The notes: a model not told the origin generated them from the sequence alone. A stretch of DNA of 62,752 nt, filler included, from Stramenopiles sp. TOSAG23-2 (GCA_900128395.1; 31 parts of 31 records of this genome joined end to end with filler, not necessarily neighbours in it), one strand, 5' to 3'. Shown: positions 32,573 through 45,870, counted from the first letter of the whole stretch. A program made the numbers and translations.

Positions 32573-34195
32573 AGTTCTCTTTTTGTATCTAAACCGACTC
32601 TTTTTGGTGGGGAATACTTTTTCCTGTTTGTAAATGCGACAAATAAACGTATATTTGAAGCTAACCCTGAAAAATATGCCCCTAAAGCTGGTGGTTTTTG
32701 CGCGTTTTCATTGACTGGGTACGATTCAAATGGGGCCGGGTTTTGGTGCAGTTGTCCACAACAAACAGAAGGATATGCGATTGTAAATGGCTCGTTTTAT
32801 TTTTTTCTATTTAGTGGTGCAAAAGAAGCATTTCTAAAGCATGGAAATGATGCTATTATTGGGGTTGATCGAAACTGGCCTATACTCTTGGAAGAAAATA
32901 ATGTGAAAGATTTACATTGTTTTAATACAGATCGATTGGTTCCTGTTGTCAACAATAGTATCGACAAGAAAACAACGAAGCAAACGAAGCAAATAACAAC
33001 CACATCGTTGGAGAAAAGAATGAGTGAAAAAAACGGTAACGCGATTGATAAAAATCCATCTATCGTTGATTATTGGAATGATCCAACTGGTTTCAAATTT
33101 CAAGAGATCTCTAGATCTCAATTTAATGAATTTGGTGCAGCTGGTATGAATGTTGGGTTTGATATTGTAATACACCCTAATACAGGAACATGGTTTTTGT
33201 TTCATCGCGAATACAACTTCAAAATTCCACAACCAACGTATTGCAAAGCTGACTATGCCCGTGTAGTCATTCGAAAAAGTCTCGATGAAGGTGTTACTTG
33301 GTCAAATGCAACTGTGGTAGCCTCACCAACTGGAAAAATGTGTGCAATTGTTGATGGCGGTGGATATTTTGATGCGAAAGAAAACACATGGCATTACTTG
33401 GCACAATGTCTTGATCTGCACGAATCATGGGGTCTGTGCGAATTTTCATTGAAAAATGTCATGGATCCAACCATAGGTTCTCCGTCTTGGGTAGAAAATA
33501 TGAATAATCCTGTTGTTAAAAGTGGTCAATTATGGTCGAAAATTTGTTCGCCGCCTTCCCATTGCTCCCCATTAACTATTGAAGAAGGGACACCTGATAT
33601 AGTAAAAAAGGATACTGATGGGTACTTCTGGGTAACATTTCATGGCTGTGTTCCAAATGCAACGTCCAGTTCACGAGGGGTTGCTAAAACAAAAGATTTT
33701 GTAAAATGGGAAACATATGGCGATGGTTTGCCGAATGATGCTATATTTACAAAAAACGATTGTAACAATTGGAATGTTTCTTGGTCAAATGGAACGTGTG
33801 TTGGTGGAGGTGAAGGCAGTATAACAATTGGGAATGATGGGTACATGTACGAGTTGATTGAAGCTCCAGATATAAGTTTAGGCTGTAAAGGGAAAGGGCA
33901 AAATTGGGTATTAGGATTGTTGCGTAGTAAAACATTTTCTGCAACGGGCACTTGGGAAAATTTTAAATACGCAAAACCACTAGTGGTTCCAATTATAAAA
34001 ATCGGTTGTTACATACAATATCATAGAATCTTTTACGATCGATTCCGTGATCATACATATTTAGAATTTTGGACTATGGGGGGGGAATATGGTACCGGTT
34101 GGATGCATATATTTAAATTGATAAATATTCCTAAAGGGGAGAGTAGTGAATTGCCAATAATTGCTGATGGAGATACACCATGGCCACCGAAATAA
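32573..34195 (+). CDS. YHS-like domain fused to an Asp-box beta-propeller glycosidase-like domain (5' partial)
   Basis: YFFLFVNATNKRIFEANPEKYAPKAGGFCA; Asp-box SLDEGVTW; NNPVV, EGTPDIV, GVAKTKDFVKW. Confidence 0.7.
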   Translation, partial: SSLFVSKPTLFGGEYFFLFVNATNKRIFEANPEKYAPKAGGFCAFSLTGYDSNGAGFWCSCPQQTEGYAIVNGSFYFFLFSGAKEAFLKHGNDAIIGVDRNWPILLEENNVKDLHCFNTDRLVPVVNNSIDKKTTKQTKQITTTSLEKRMSEKNGNAIDKNPSIVDYWNDPTGFKFQEISRSQFNEFGAAGMNVGFDIVIHPNTGTWFLFHREYNFKIPQPTYCKADYARVVIRKSLDEGVTWSNATVVASPTGKMCAIVDGGGYFDAKENTWHYLAQCLDLHESWGLCEFSLKNVMDPTIGSPSWVENMNNPVVKSGQLWSKICSPPSHCSPLTIEEGTPDIVKKDTDGYFWVTFHGCVPNATSSSRGVAKTKDFVKWETYGDGLPNDAIFTKNDCNNWNVSWSNGTCVGGGEGSITIGNDGYMYELIEAPDISLGCKGKGQNWVLGLLRSKTFSATGTWENFKYAKPLVVPIIKIGCYIQYHRIFYDRFRDHTYLEFWTMGGEYGTGWMHIFKLINIPKGESSELPIIADGDTPWPPK

Positions 34196-35093
34196 AATAA
34201 ACATTATCTCATCTCACAATAATATCATATTTCATTAAGGGGAGCGATTCACCGTCAAAGTCAGGACCAGCTGCCACAGCAGGCGGCACCTCTCATCGCC
34301 AGTACAGTAGGCATTACAGTAAACTAAAACAGCTATACATTCTATTTAAAAAATCAATAGTGTATCGTTTTAAAATAGTGACAGGATCCAGCGGAGCGAA
34401 TTAAATTACGTGCTGTGGCACAAGAACGTTAAAAAAATGTGTTGTTCTTTGTGTGCACTTGTTGAATTCATTGAATTATTATTATATATGCACAGGTATT
34501 NNNNNNNNNNNNNNNNNNNNNNNNNNNNNNNNNNNNNNNNNNNNTTAATTAATTAANNNNNNNNNNNNNNNNNNNNNNNNNNNNNNNNNNNNNNNNNNNN
34601 ATCTATCTCACTAAACTGAAAGATGGACAATGAATCGTAACATTGCGATAGAGTTCATTGAAATCCACAGAGTGTGCCAATATTTTTAAGATACAAAAAT
34701 ATTGGTGGAGGTAAATAGATGCAATTAACGCATTATATGCATCAATTGAAAACAGAGATATTATATATTTATTTTCGTTCAATAAAGCTGTGTGTGCGTA
34801 ATGTTACAAAATTAAGCGAGAGACAATATACATGTACACATACACCCTTCTTCTTTTTTTTATAAAATATATATATATATATATAATTACTTTCGTATCA
34901 AGCCCTGCCGTCCTGCCATATTATCCAAAATTTTCTCTTGTTCTCCCTTTCTTTTTTTCTTTAGTATCGATATTCTTTCAATAATTCTCCAGCAATAACT
35001 AAATGTTGGATTTCACTTGTACCTTCATAAATTTCAGTAATTCTTGCATCACGATAATGTCGTTCTGCTGGCATATCACTAACATTTTTTTCT

Positions 35094-36335
35094 TTAGTAT
35101 CGATATTCTTTCAATAATTCTCCAGCAATAACTAAATGTTGGATTTCACTTGTACCTTCATAAATTTCAGTAATTCTTGCATCACGATAATGTCGTTCTG
35201 CTGGCATATCACTAACATAACCCATTCCACCAAGAGTTTGCATGGCTTGATGAGCGCAATATGTAGCTGCTTCTGAGGCAACCAATTTTGCTTGCGCAGC
35301 TGCTTTGGTGAATGGTTCTCCAGAATCTTTTAATTGTGCAGCATGCCATGTCATTAATCTGGCACATTCAAGTTTTGTTTCCATTTCGGATAATTTTTGT
35401 TTGATCATTTGAAAATTAGAAATAGGTGCATCAAATGCTTTTCTTTGTTGTGAATATTCAATAGCGCATTCAAATGCTGCTTGACCGATGCCTAATGCTT
35501 GTGCAGCAACACCAATACGCCCAACATCTAAAGTCGTCATTGCAATTTTAAAGCCATGACCTGGTTCCCCTAATAAATTTTCTTTTGGAATACGACAATT
35601 ATCAAAAATTAAATTAGCAGTAGAGCTTCCACGAATACCTAGTTTATCTTCCTTTTTTCCAACAGTAAATCCTGGTGTTCCCTTTTCAACTATAAACGCG
35701 CTGATACCTTTATGCTTTAAACTTTTATCCGTTGTAGCAAATACAACAGCACAATCAGCTTCATGGGCATTTGTAATCCAACATTTTTCTCCATTTAATA
35801 CCCACGAATCACCGTCGTCCTTAGCGTTTGTACTTGCTGCGCCAGCATCACTGCCGTTTCCTGGTTCACTTAATCCAAAGCAACCAATTTTTTCTCCTGA
35901 TGCAAATGGTCTTAAATATTTTTCTTTTTGTTCTGTCGTTCCGTGATATTCCACAGGTAGGCAATATAAAGTATTTTGCACTGTCATAATTACACCAGCG
36001 CTTGCACAGCCACGGCTAATTTCTTCCATAGCAATTGCATACGCAACATAATCCAACCCTGTACCACCAAATTCAGAGTCAATAGCAACAGATAATAAAC
36101 CCAAGTCACCCATACCTTTTATAGCTTCAGCTGGAAATTTGTGTTCTTTATCAGTCTCACCAGCAATCGGAACTAGTTCTTTATTAGCAAAGTCGCGGCA
36201 CATGTCTCTCATCATTTTATGTTCATCTGACAACATTGCTAAATTTGTGTATGAACGTAAGACGTGACGGTTTTGTTGACTTTGTTGTTTTACAACTTGT
36301 TTTAAGTTTTTTGTTAATAATCCACGTAACGCCAT
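35094..36335 (-). CDS. ACADS: Short-chain acyl-CoA dehydrogenase, mitochondrial
   Basis: [71 protein letters not shown]; basic presequence. Confidence 0.95.
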   Translation of the reverse strand: MALRGLLTKNLKQVVKQQSQQNRHVLRSYTNLAMLSDEHKMMRDMCRDFANKELVPIAGETDKEHKFPAEAIKGMGDLGLLSVAIDSEFGGTGLDYVAYAIAMEEISRGCASAGVIMTVQNTLYCLPVEYHGTTEQKEKYLRPFASGEKIGCFGLSEPGNGSDAGAASTNAKDDGDSWVLNGEKCWITNAHEADCAVVFATTDKSLKHKGISAFIVEKGTPGFTVGKKEDKLGIRGSSTANLIFDNCRIPKENLLGEPGHGFKIAMTTLDVGRIGVAAQALGIGQAAFECAIEYSQQRKAFDAPISNFQMIKQKLSEMETKLECARLMTWHAAQLKDSGEPFTKAAAQAKLVASEAATYCAHQAMQTLGGMGYVSDMPAERHYRDARITEIYEGTSEIQHLVIAGELLKEYRY

Positions 36336-37221
36336 TATGAAGATGATTTATAAAAAAATAATAAAATTAATAGAAATAAATAAGTATATATGTATATATA
36401 TGTATGTATATCTATATATATCAGTAAAATTTAAAGAAACAGAAACTAACAAAAAATCTTTAATATGAATTTGTTGTTTCAATGAAACTTATTACAATGT
36501 TTACTTTCTTTTCAATACTACCTATNNNNNNNNNNNNNNNNNNNNNNNNNNNNNNNNNNNNNNNNNNNNTTAATTAATTAANNNNNNNNNNNNNNNNNNN
36601 NNNNNNNNNNNNNNNNNNNNNNNNNTACGAAAGATGAATGTTGCACTTCGCAACATGAACGTATATGTAATTGGAACAAAGGCATATGCAATCCATTAAC
36701 AAATACTTGTAACTGGTTTTGGGTATTTGTTTTGTTAATGAGCTGTTCATTTTTTGCATGTATAATGTTATTTAGATTAGTTTACAATGATTTATGCCGA
36801 GGAGAAAGGCAACAGGATGCTACAGGTGGTGGTGGCTATGGTACAGTTCAAAATAACAATGGTAAAAGAGATGGAGAAGAATTGAATTAATAAAAGAAAA
36901 GTGTACTATACTTCGTACGAACTGAAATTTAGAAACACACACAGGAAAATATTTATATATTTTAATTTACGCATTAATTTATATTTTTAATTTACTCATG
37001 ATAATTCCTACTCTAAATATTTAATATATATAATATTTTTCTAGAGACTATTTTCTCATTTTAAATTTTGTTGCTCTGATCTCGCTCTCTCTATCTTCTA
37101 TCTCGCTATTAATTTAATATTTTTTTTTATTTCTTTTTTTCAAAAATTATTATCATACGAACCTCCAAATAAGTCATTTTTAACACCCAGCTAAAATACA
37201 ATCCTTTTTCTTGACAAAAAT

Positions 37222-38392
37222 TTAATTATGTTTTGTCGTGTTGATTGGATATGGTTGTTTCAATCGGATATGAAACTTTTCTTTATCCATTTCTGACATA
37301 TTTTTATAACTATCAGTTTCCAATACATTTTGAAGAATCTTCACAGTATTTGTATCATGTTGCCCAATACCAAATAACCATACACATTGCATAATTGCGC
37401 TGTTTCTGCGCTTTTCGCTTAAATTTTTACCACCACGATGACATAATCGGCGATTGAAAATGAAAATATCACCTTGCTCCAATGAAACATTCATAAATTT
37501 ATCTTCCATTGATTTATAAAATTCAGCATCATGAATTTTTACATCAATATCAAGAATCTGATTTGAATATGGTACAACTTCAGTGGAACCATTGTTTACA
37601 TCCATTGCATCGCTGGCGATCAATGTTTGAACAGAAAAAAAAGGCAACACGTGCGGCATTTGATATCTTGTAATTAAATTTTGANNNNNNNNNNNNNNNN
37701 NNNNNNNNNNNNNNNNNNNNNNNNNNNNNNNNNNNNNNNNNNNNATATCTTGTAATTAAATTTTGAGCTTTGGTAATATCCCCAGTCCAGAATTTACCGC
37801 TTCCAACATGCATTGGATAATCAACATGAGATAGCTGCCTATCTGCGCCACCTTCAATCCAATGTGTTGTAAATGCTCCAATGCATGAATGTCCCAATAA
37901 AATATCCATAATTTTGTTGTAAACTGGGTTATTAATCAATTTCATTAGTAACGTTGGATTTTGCTCACTTAATGCTTCCATTAAATTATTTATCACATAT
38001 TTACCAAGTTGCTTTGGATGCCTACAGTTACTATGATGTTTTGCATCTGTTTCGATGTATTTTTCACAAAATTTATTATATTCATCCATGGTGTTTTTGT
38101 CAAATACATTCTTAAAACCAACGCAACCTGGGCCACCCTCTTCAAAGAATTGCTCGTATATATCTTGCATCAAATCGGCATTTGATTCCAAATCTTTTGC
38201 GGATGATACGCGATAAAAAGGAACACCACGGTCGTTATATTCACATTGTGTAGAAATTTTAGCTTGATTTCTCGCTTCCTCCAAGGTATCTACTAATTTA
38301 TTTAGTGCATTTCTTCCACCACCATTATTCCATGTTGAATGCAATTTAAAATTGTTTTTTTTTGTTGTTGTTGTCGTTGCAAGCATTGCCAT
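37222..38392 (-). CDS. Phytanoyl-CoA dioxygenase (PhyH)-family Fe/2OG dioxygenase, split by an N gap
   Basis: RQLSHVDYP (HxD), NGSTEVVPYS, GDIFIFNRRLCHRGGKNLSEKRR. Confidence 0.85.
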
Positions 38393-38650
38393 CTTTTAAT
38401 CGTGTATTTTTTTTTATTACAATTAGATTTGTTATTGTGGAAATGGGCAAGAATAAATATTATATAGCGAAAAAGGAATGAATACATTTTAAAATTATTC
38501 TTTTTAAAATTAATAAGTTGTTGTTCTTTTTTTTTAGTCTAACTATAAAANNNNNNNNNNNNNNNNNNNNNNNNNNNNNNNNNNNNNNNNNNNNTTAATT
38601 AATTAANNNNNNNNNNNNNNNNNNNNNNNNNNNNNNNNNNNNNNNNNNNN

Positions 38651-39840
38651 TTACTACCCAATGCAGCAAAACTCCCCACCCGCCATTTCATTGCTAGTGA
38701 ACTATATGCATCCCTTACAGCATTGGAAATCAACACATGAGTACGTAATAAACGCGCGTTGTCGTATAGATGTGTAATCGTGTTATCAACTCTACGTTCC
38801 GGTGCTTTATTTACTTCATTGATTACTTCTAGTCGGGTTTGTTCCAAATCTTGCAGCGCATCTGCCAATGCAGTGCGGCTTCCAGGGTGATCCCCAGGTA
38901 CTCTCATGGTATAAATACGCGGAAGATCTTTACGTACAATGACTTTCGACAAATTCCAACATAATGAACCATATGCACGCGCAAAATCATGAATTTTTTC
39001 GAATTGATCTACTTTGTTTAAAATAATATGTAATTTATGGTCCATGCCAGCTAATGATTTTGTTAAACAGGCAAGTGTTTCCCCAGTCGTCCCTGGCTTA
39101 TCTGGATCAAAAAATAGCAATATGACATCCGCTCTTTCCGCAAACCATTTTGTCACACCCATAAAATCATATCCACGATCACGCGAAGTGGTTTCATAGT
39201 CTAAACTCTTACCTTGATTCGATGGAGAATCAATCATTCCTGGAGAATCTATTAACATAATACCATCTAACTCTAGACCGTTCCTAACTTTCAATTGCAT
39301 GTGATTAATTAGACCAGGTCCGAAAAGCCGCAAACCGCTAAATCCAGCATCCGGACTACCAACCAATGCTGGCCCGTCTTGATCCATATCATCTCCATTT
39401 TGGCTAGGCGCAATTACCGTAAAACCGTCGTCTGTTGGTGCAACGCCTGTTTTTTGAACTTCCCTACCTAATACATGATTAATAAAAGTACTTTTTCCAG
39501 ATGAGTGATTACCTAAACAAAAAACAAAAGGCAAATATGGACGAGACTTTACATCTCCCCCCTTTTCCAATGGACCCAGCACACGTTCATTTAAAGGTAG
39601 AAGGACGCCTTCAGTTATTGCTTCTGCTTTCTTAATGATTTCCTGTGCTTTTAACTTGTTTAAAGGTGGAAATGCACCGGTATCACTTGTATTTATTTCA
39701 CTATTCTTTTTTTTATCATTATCGTCCTCCCAAATCCAACTTGACATATATTTTACATGACCATATTTCTGTATCGTTTTCCAAGATTTTTGTTGTTGTT
39801 TGTAATATTTTACGTATCTAATCTTTCGCAAATGTATCAT
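38651..39840 (-). CDS. Dynamin-like/EHD-related GTPase with probable mitochondrial presequence (3' partial)
   Basis: G1 LGNHSSGKST, G2 TGVAPTDD, G3 IDSPG, G4 NKVD; ARAYGSLCWNLSKV; hydrophobic segment at the truncation. Confidence 0.85.
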
Positions 39841-40677
39841 CCTTATTCTATGGATGGTTTAGTTGCTGTTGTTGTCATCTGGTTAGCACAGTGTGTATAT
39901 ACTATATGGAGATGGACATTATTAATTTTATAATTTGATAAAAAAAGATATATGACCCACCTTTAATAAGATCAGGAGGATCAGTTTTTTGCGGTAAATT
40001 TACCTTAACATAGTTTATAGTTTTTTAACTTTACTCCAACTCTCTCACCGTGTGGCTCTCCCCATTAAAAGCATGTTGACAAAAAGAATTCTTTTTGGTT
40101 TCCCTTCAACTGCTTCTAGTACAGTGCCCTGCACTCGTACTTGGATCTTTAAGCGCGCTCAATCGTCAGTTCGGTTATAACTTCATTATATGGGACTGCA
40201 GTTTTCCGTACTAGTTTTCCGACGACTAATTAATATCATTAACTTGCCTGTACTCACTTTCCGTATTCGCCTATCATTTCATTATATGTTGACAGGATAA
40301 AGTTGTGATTAATACTATCATATATTGATATCCAGTTCCATTTGTGAAAGTCCTTTATTATATGAAAGCGAGGGTCTCCATTGAACCAATTATGTATATT
40401 ATCTATATGTATCTTGTGTTTTGGATTTACGAAAATTACTACATCTGCTAAATTCGTGCAGTATTTTATTACACTTACAATACCATCGTTTTGGGATTGA
40501 TCTACTTATCAGGAGGATCGGTAAAAAAAGTACTATATAATAGCGTATATATAAGTACAATATTTAGTATTCTAANNNNNNNNNNNNNNNNNNNNNNNNN
40601 NNNNNNNNNNNNNNNNNNNTTAATTAATTAANNNNNNNNNNNNNNNNNNNNNNNNNNNNNNNNNNNNNNNNNNNNCG

Positions 40678-42599
40678 TATAATATTCATAATAATAATAA
40701 TGATAATAATAGCATTGATGATGGTGATAACGATGAGGATGATGATAATAAAGATGACGATTTATTTTCTACTAATGGAAGCTTTTCCAATCTGTCAAAT
40801 AGTAATAATCGTGCAAAAATTAAAAATAGACGAGCAATAGGTAGACGATCAGGAAATATAACTACTGCATTTGAAGAAGGTTCATGGGATGAGTTACATA
40901 TATCATTATTAAATGATAAGATAGAAAATATAGAAGAATTGTTAAAGGACAAAAACGCCAATAATAATAAGAAAAATTTCGTAAATAAATCCGGTGAATG
41001 TGGTTTAACACCATTGCATATCAGTGCAATGATACGAAATCAAGACGTTGTACAGTTAATTTTAGATAATGGTGCAAATTTAGAGGCCTGTGATGCAGGT
41101 GGAAAAACACCATTGCATCGTGCAGCACAATGTGGCAATACTTCAACGTTGCGATGTTTAATAAAGAATGGAGGAAATATATTTACTACGGATAATGATG
41201 GTAGAAATCCATTACACGATGCTGCATTTAATAATCATTCAGAAGCACTTGAATTATTGTTGACATTTGGTGGAAAAGTAGATTTAAAAGATAATGATGG
41301 TAATACAGGAATATTATTAGCTTGCAATCAAGGTAATGTTGATATTGTTCAAATTTTAATTAATTATAATGCGAATGTCAACTTATCCGATTTAGAAGGT
41401 CAAACACCATTACATGATGCAATTGCAAATAAAGATACAAAAACAGTAGAAACGTTACTATCATCTTCCAAAGCACGAGTTGATTTACGTAATGAATATG
41501 GTCGAACAGCATTGCATAGTGCATGTGCTAAAAATTGTTTTGAAATAGTTGAAATGCTTCTAAATAAAGTGAAATATGCAAAAAGCGTTGCTTACAATGA
41601 TGTTTTAAATGCTCGTGATGAAGAAGGTTGGAGTGCTTTGCACGATGCAGCAGCAACAGGGGCTGTTGACATTGTTGCCTTATTATGTGAAAATGGCATT
41701 GATATCAATTCCTCAAAAAGTGATATGCAGCGACCATTGCATTGCGCAGCAGCTAATGGACATGTTGAAACCGTGAAATATTTACTTGCAAACGGTGCAA
41801 GAGCAAATGCTGGCGATTCAAATGGTGATACTGCTTTACACTGGGCTGCATTTAAAGGTCAAGCACAATCAGTTTTTGCAATTTTAAACGCAGCTTTAAA
41901 CTCTGATGTGCGAAGTCCGACAGATCCACACTCTCAAAATGCAGATGGTGGAACAGCCTTGCATTCAGCAGCAAATCATGGAGATGTTGCTACTGGAGAA
42001 ATCTTATTAGAATTTGGAGCTTCTGTGGATGTACAAATGGATGATGGAAATGCTAGTTTACATAATGCTGCATATGAAGGACATTATGATTTTGCATTAA
42101 TGCTGTTGGAACATGATGCGACAGTTGACATTATTAATGCAGAGTTACGAACACCATTACATGAAGCTGCATGTATGGGCCATACACACCTTTGCCGTTT
42201 ATTGCTTACATATGGTGCAGTAATAGACTTGCAAGATGGTGGTGGTGATACTCCATTGCATTGGAGTGTCTGTAATGGCCATGCTACTTGTGCGCAATTT
42301 TTATTAGAACAAGGTTCAAATATGGGAACTGTCAATGTTGATGGCGGTACACCATTGCATGCTGCGTTAATTAACAATGAATTTGAATGTATTCGTGTGC
42401 TGCTACAAGCTGGTGCAAATGTAAACTCAAAAATGGAAGTTGCGGGGGAAAGAAGTGGCGATTCGTGTTTGCACGTCGCAGCGGCGGAAGGTTTAACTAG
42501 TTGCATAACAATGTTAATAGAAGCTGGCACATTGATAAATGAAAAAAATGCAATGGGAAGAACTCCTTTGCATGAAGCTATACGCAGAAAACATTATAA
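40678..42599 (+). CDS. Long ankyrin-repeat protein (about 16 repeats, partial)
   Basis: Repeated GxTPLHxA..G at about 33-aa spacing. Confidence 0.95.
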
Positions 42600-43011
42600 N
42601 NNNNNNNNNNNNNNNNNNNNNNNNNNNNNNNNNNNNNNNNNNNTTAATTAATTAANNNNNNNNNNNNNNNNNNNNNNNNNNNNNNNNNNNNNNNNNNNNT
42701 ATATAGTGAATTTTTACCTTAACTTAGCACTGACACAGCAGTGGATATTTTTACTTTGACTCTTAGCTCAGCGCTCTCATGATAAAATATTTTATGATAT
42801 GAATATTAACCATATGCAATTATACATATGATATGCGTGCATAATATATATAAAAAATTCTCTTATTTGGCATACTATATATATCATATATATATAAGTA
42901 AGAGAATTTTTTATATAGTATATATATATATATATTTTGAGATTTGTATTTTTTACGTGCATCAATATGATATTATATGATATTATGATATTTGGTACGT
43001 CGTTATCATTT

Positions 43012-44049
43012 CTAATAACAATAATAGTCCCTTGCCATCCCAGCCATACCTCTGCCTATATGATTGAATGGTGGTTTTAATTTACCTTCAAACTTTGCAT
43101 TAATTATCTTTTTAAATTCTTGTATAGGATTCATTTGTTTTTGCTTAGTAATATATTCAAACCATTTCACACCTGCTTTAACATGTGTTATTTCATCTAA
43201 ATATATTCTAGTTAATAAGCTAGCCGATCGTTCATCATGACCTTTCATAAATTTGTTGACAGAGCCCAGGTAGACATCTAACCCGCGTGCCTCTAAAGCC
43301 ATATGTTCTATTGCTAATCTCGCTAATAATGACGATGACGTTCTCTTAGCACTTTCCCATAGTTTATCATGTGTGTCCAATTCACCATAATATGAACCAA
43401 GTTGTCTTAAACGTTCAGACCAAATTAAAAAATGCCTGGCTTCGTCTTCCGCAACACGTACCCAGTCATCATAAAATTGTTTTGGCAAATTCAATGCTTC
43501 CCCATTAGACATAAACCTTGTAATAATATCCCACGATAAATCAATAGCAACATTTTCGATATGGGCAAGAGAATGTACCAAACTTATGACGTTTTTCTTG
43601 TTCCCAGCACCACCCCGTTTTGGAACCGAATTGACATCTACAGTCTTGACGTTTCTTGCCGGTGTATCCGGGGGGATGGGAAAAAAATCATCTGCTGCTG
43701 GTTCTAACTTTAATTTTTTTTCAAACCATAATTTTGCATAATAAAGTGTTAATGCTGCCTTCTTAAACGGATTTGGTTCTTCCAACACAACACAACATGC
43801 GGCAGGTAGTGATATTTCTGAACTTGCACCACTACCACTTGTGACATATTTCTTTACATTATTATGTTCCAACGCTTCATTGACTAATATGGCTACATCT
43901 TCTTCCATTGCTGGTTCATATTGCGTTGGATCATTTTTGTCTTTTACGACAGCGTTTTTTGTTATATAATTAATTCTTGGCATACAATTATATAAATTAT
44001 AAAACCTACATGCAATATATTGTTCATTGTATTTTTCCAATGATGGCAT
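43012..44049 (-). CDS. DUF455 ferritin-like di-iron protein
   Basis: HSLAHIENVAIDLSWD, DEARHF, LEARGLD, DEITHVKAGVKWF, LKPPFN. Confidence 0.88.
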   Translation of the reverse strand: MPSLEKYNEQYIACRFYNLYNCMPRINYITKNAVVKDKNDPTQYEPAMEEDVAILVNEALEHNNVKKYVTSGSGASSEISLPAACCVVLEEPNPFKKAALTLYYAKLWFEKKLKLEPAADDFFPIPPDTPARNVKTVDVNSVPKRGGAGNKKNVISLVHSLAHIENVAIDLSWDIITRFMSNGEALNLPKQFYDDWVRVAEDEARHFLIWSERLRQLGSYYGELDTHDKLWESAKRTSSSLLARLAIEHMALEARGLDVYLGSVNKFMKGHDERSASLLTRIYLDEITHVKAGVKWFEYITKQKQMNPIQEFKKIINAKFEGKLKPPFNHIGRGMAGMARDYYCY

Positions 44050-44721
44050 AATTATTTCTGTTCGTTGTTTACTTTGCTTTCCCTGTATCAAAACTGACTT
44101 GCCCAGTGATATTAATATCGTCGATAGGAAGTGAATATATATGTGCTATGCATCATATGTCTATATGTCATATATATATATATTTTAATAAACACTTGGA
44201 GAAGTAGTTTTGCGGAAAGTTCCAGGCAAGCCCGGCAAGGACCCCTATACTGTCCTCAGGAAACCCCGCTGTGCTCTCCGCATATACTGTATATAGGAAT
44301 TACCTGTACTCTGTACTCCTGGTACTGTAATATTACCTGGTACAATAAGCACTGGACACTGGACACTACTGGATAATGTGCTAAATATATCATTGTAATC
44401 ATCACAGAGACACCAGCATACCAGGCCTTAGCAGGCATACCACGGTATAGTCTAGCTAGACTACCGTATTGTACATCATCTGATCCTATATATATTATTC
44501 ATCATTTTATTATTGAAAATAACAGTGTCTATTGAAGGTATGAAAAGTCTAGGACCTAGACGACTATTGATTGAAGGTTGAAGGTTGAAGGCCACCAAAT
44601 TAAAATGTGCAAATCAATTNNNNNNNNNNNNNNNNNNNNNNNNNNNNNNNNNNNNNNNNNNNNTTAATTAATTAANNNNNNNNNNNNNNNNNNNNNNNNN
44701 NNNNNNNNNNNNNNNNNNNAA

Positions 44722-45870
44722 GTATGTGAGGATCCATCTGGTAAATTAGCTCGTGGTGACATTATACCATTTGCATTATCATCAGGTGGAAAATACAGTC
44801 GTCATAATTTATATGTTGAAGTGGCAGATACAATAAAATATAATGGTTATTTACATAGTGGTATGAAAAAACTACTACGCTCGCTTGGAAGAAGTAAGAC
44901 AAGATATGCAAACAAATTAGTCAATTCGTTTTTCAAGGATGTTTCCTTATGTGGACCACGAATTGTTGATGAACCTGGTAAAACTGAAATTAAATTGTGT
45001 GAATTGTTTGTCCCATATAAGCATTCAATGAAAGAATTTTACAATTTAATTGAACATTTAGTAGTTAAACCGATGACAGTTCAAAGTTCCTTATTTCTTG
45101 AAACGATAGAAAGTAAATTATTAAAACGTCAAATATCAAGTAAAGGTCGTATTGGTAAAACCAGTAAGATAATTCCAGGTATGGGAAAGATGATGCAAAC
45201 AAAGAGTAAAAGTAGCAATAGTAAAACGGATGATACATGCAGACCGGGTATTAAATTTGGACCAACAGAATTAGCCAAAAAAAAGCAATGGTATTGTCGA
45301 GGTTCGAATCATTTAGATTTATCTACGACTAATATTAAAAATATTGCAATTCATTATTTAAAAAATGATATTTCTTCAAAATATCAAAAATATATGATAA
45401 ATTTAAAAGAATCATTACGATATGATATTAAAGATAATAGTTGCTCAGCTGCACCATTATTTACAGCAAACGATATTTCCATACAACAAGTGAATATGGA
45501 TACGTTAGGTAAAAAAAAAGAATGGGTTGCTGTGGTAAATTTAAATACAAAATCTGAAAATGGTTATTTACAAAGTGAATTGCCATATTGCAAAGTGCGA
45601 AATTATTTAATTGGTTCCAACGTAAACGTGAAAGCGTATGTTGATGATACATCGTGTTGCGATGGATTGAAAGATTACAAGAAGTGTATAGAAGTAAATG
45701 GATGTACTGATGATAAAATCAAGCCATTGAACAATAAGATAAATAAGCACTATTCAAAAGATGTAGTATTGACGGGAACACAATATGAAGTGAAGAGTAC
45801 CTATGATGTGAACAGAAGAAGACGAAGAAGAATATTACAAAATCGTAGTAAAGGTGATTGTAGGCTTTGA
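44722..45870 (+). CDS. Hypothetical Cys-containing, probably extracellular protein (5' partial)
   Basis: Open from the scaffold start; ends RRRRRRILQNRSKGDCRL. Confidence 0.7.
   Translation, partial: VCEDPSGKLARGDIIPFALSSGGKYSRHNLYVEVADTIKYNGYLHSGMKKLLRSLGRSKTRYANKLVNSFFKDVSLCGPRIVDEPGKTEIKLCELFVPYKHSMKEFYNLIEHLVVKPMTVQSSLFLETIESKLLKRQISSKGRIGKTSKIIPGMGKMMQTKSKSSNSKTDDTCRPGIKFGPTELAKKKQWYCRGSNHLDLSTTNIKNIAIHYLKNDISSKYQKYMINLKESLRYDIKDNSCSAAPLFTANDISIQQVNMDTLGKKKEWVAVVNLNTKSENGYLQSELPYCKVRNYLIGSNVNVKAYVDDTSCCDGLKDYKKCIEVNGCTDDKIKPLNNKINKHYSKDVVLTGTQYEVKSTYDVNRRRRRRILQNRSKGDCRL

Noticed and set aside
32695-32705. Possible selenocysteine or alternative genetic code
   Set aside because: The YHS motif codon is TGC, and conserved genes translate with the standard code using TAA, TAG and TGA stops
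34951-35217. Duplicated ACADS 3' end
   Set aside because: Exact local duplication of the kind seen in many scaffolds; probable scaffolding overlap artefact
40040-40510. GC-richer region with small hairpins, considered as hammerhead, RNase MRP/P or snRNA
   Set aside because: CTGACGA lacks a properly placed GAAA; no matching P4 or snRNA motifs; a start-less minus-strand frame may explain the composition
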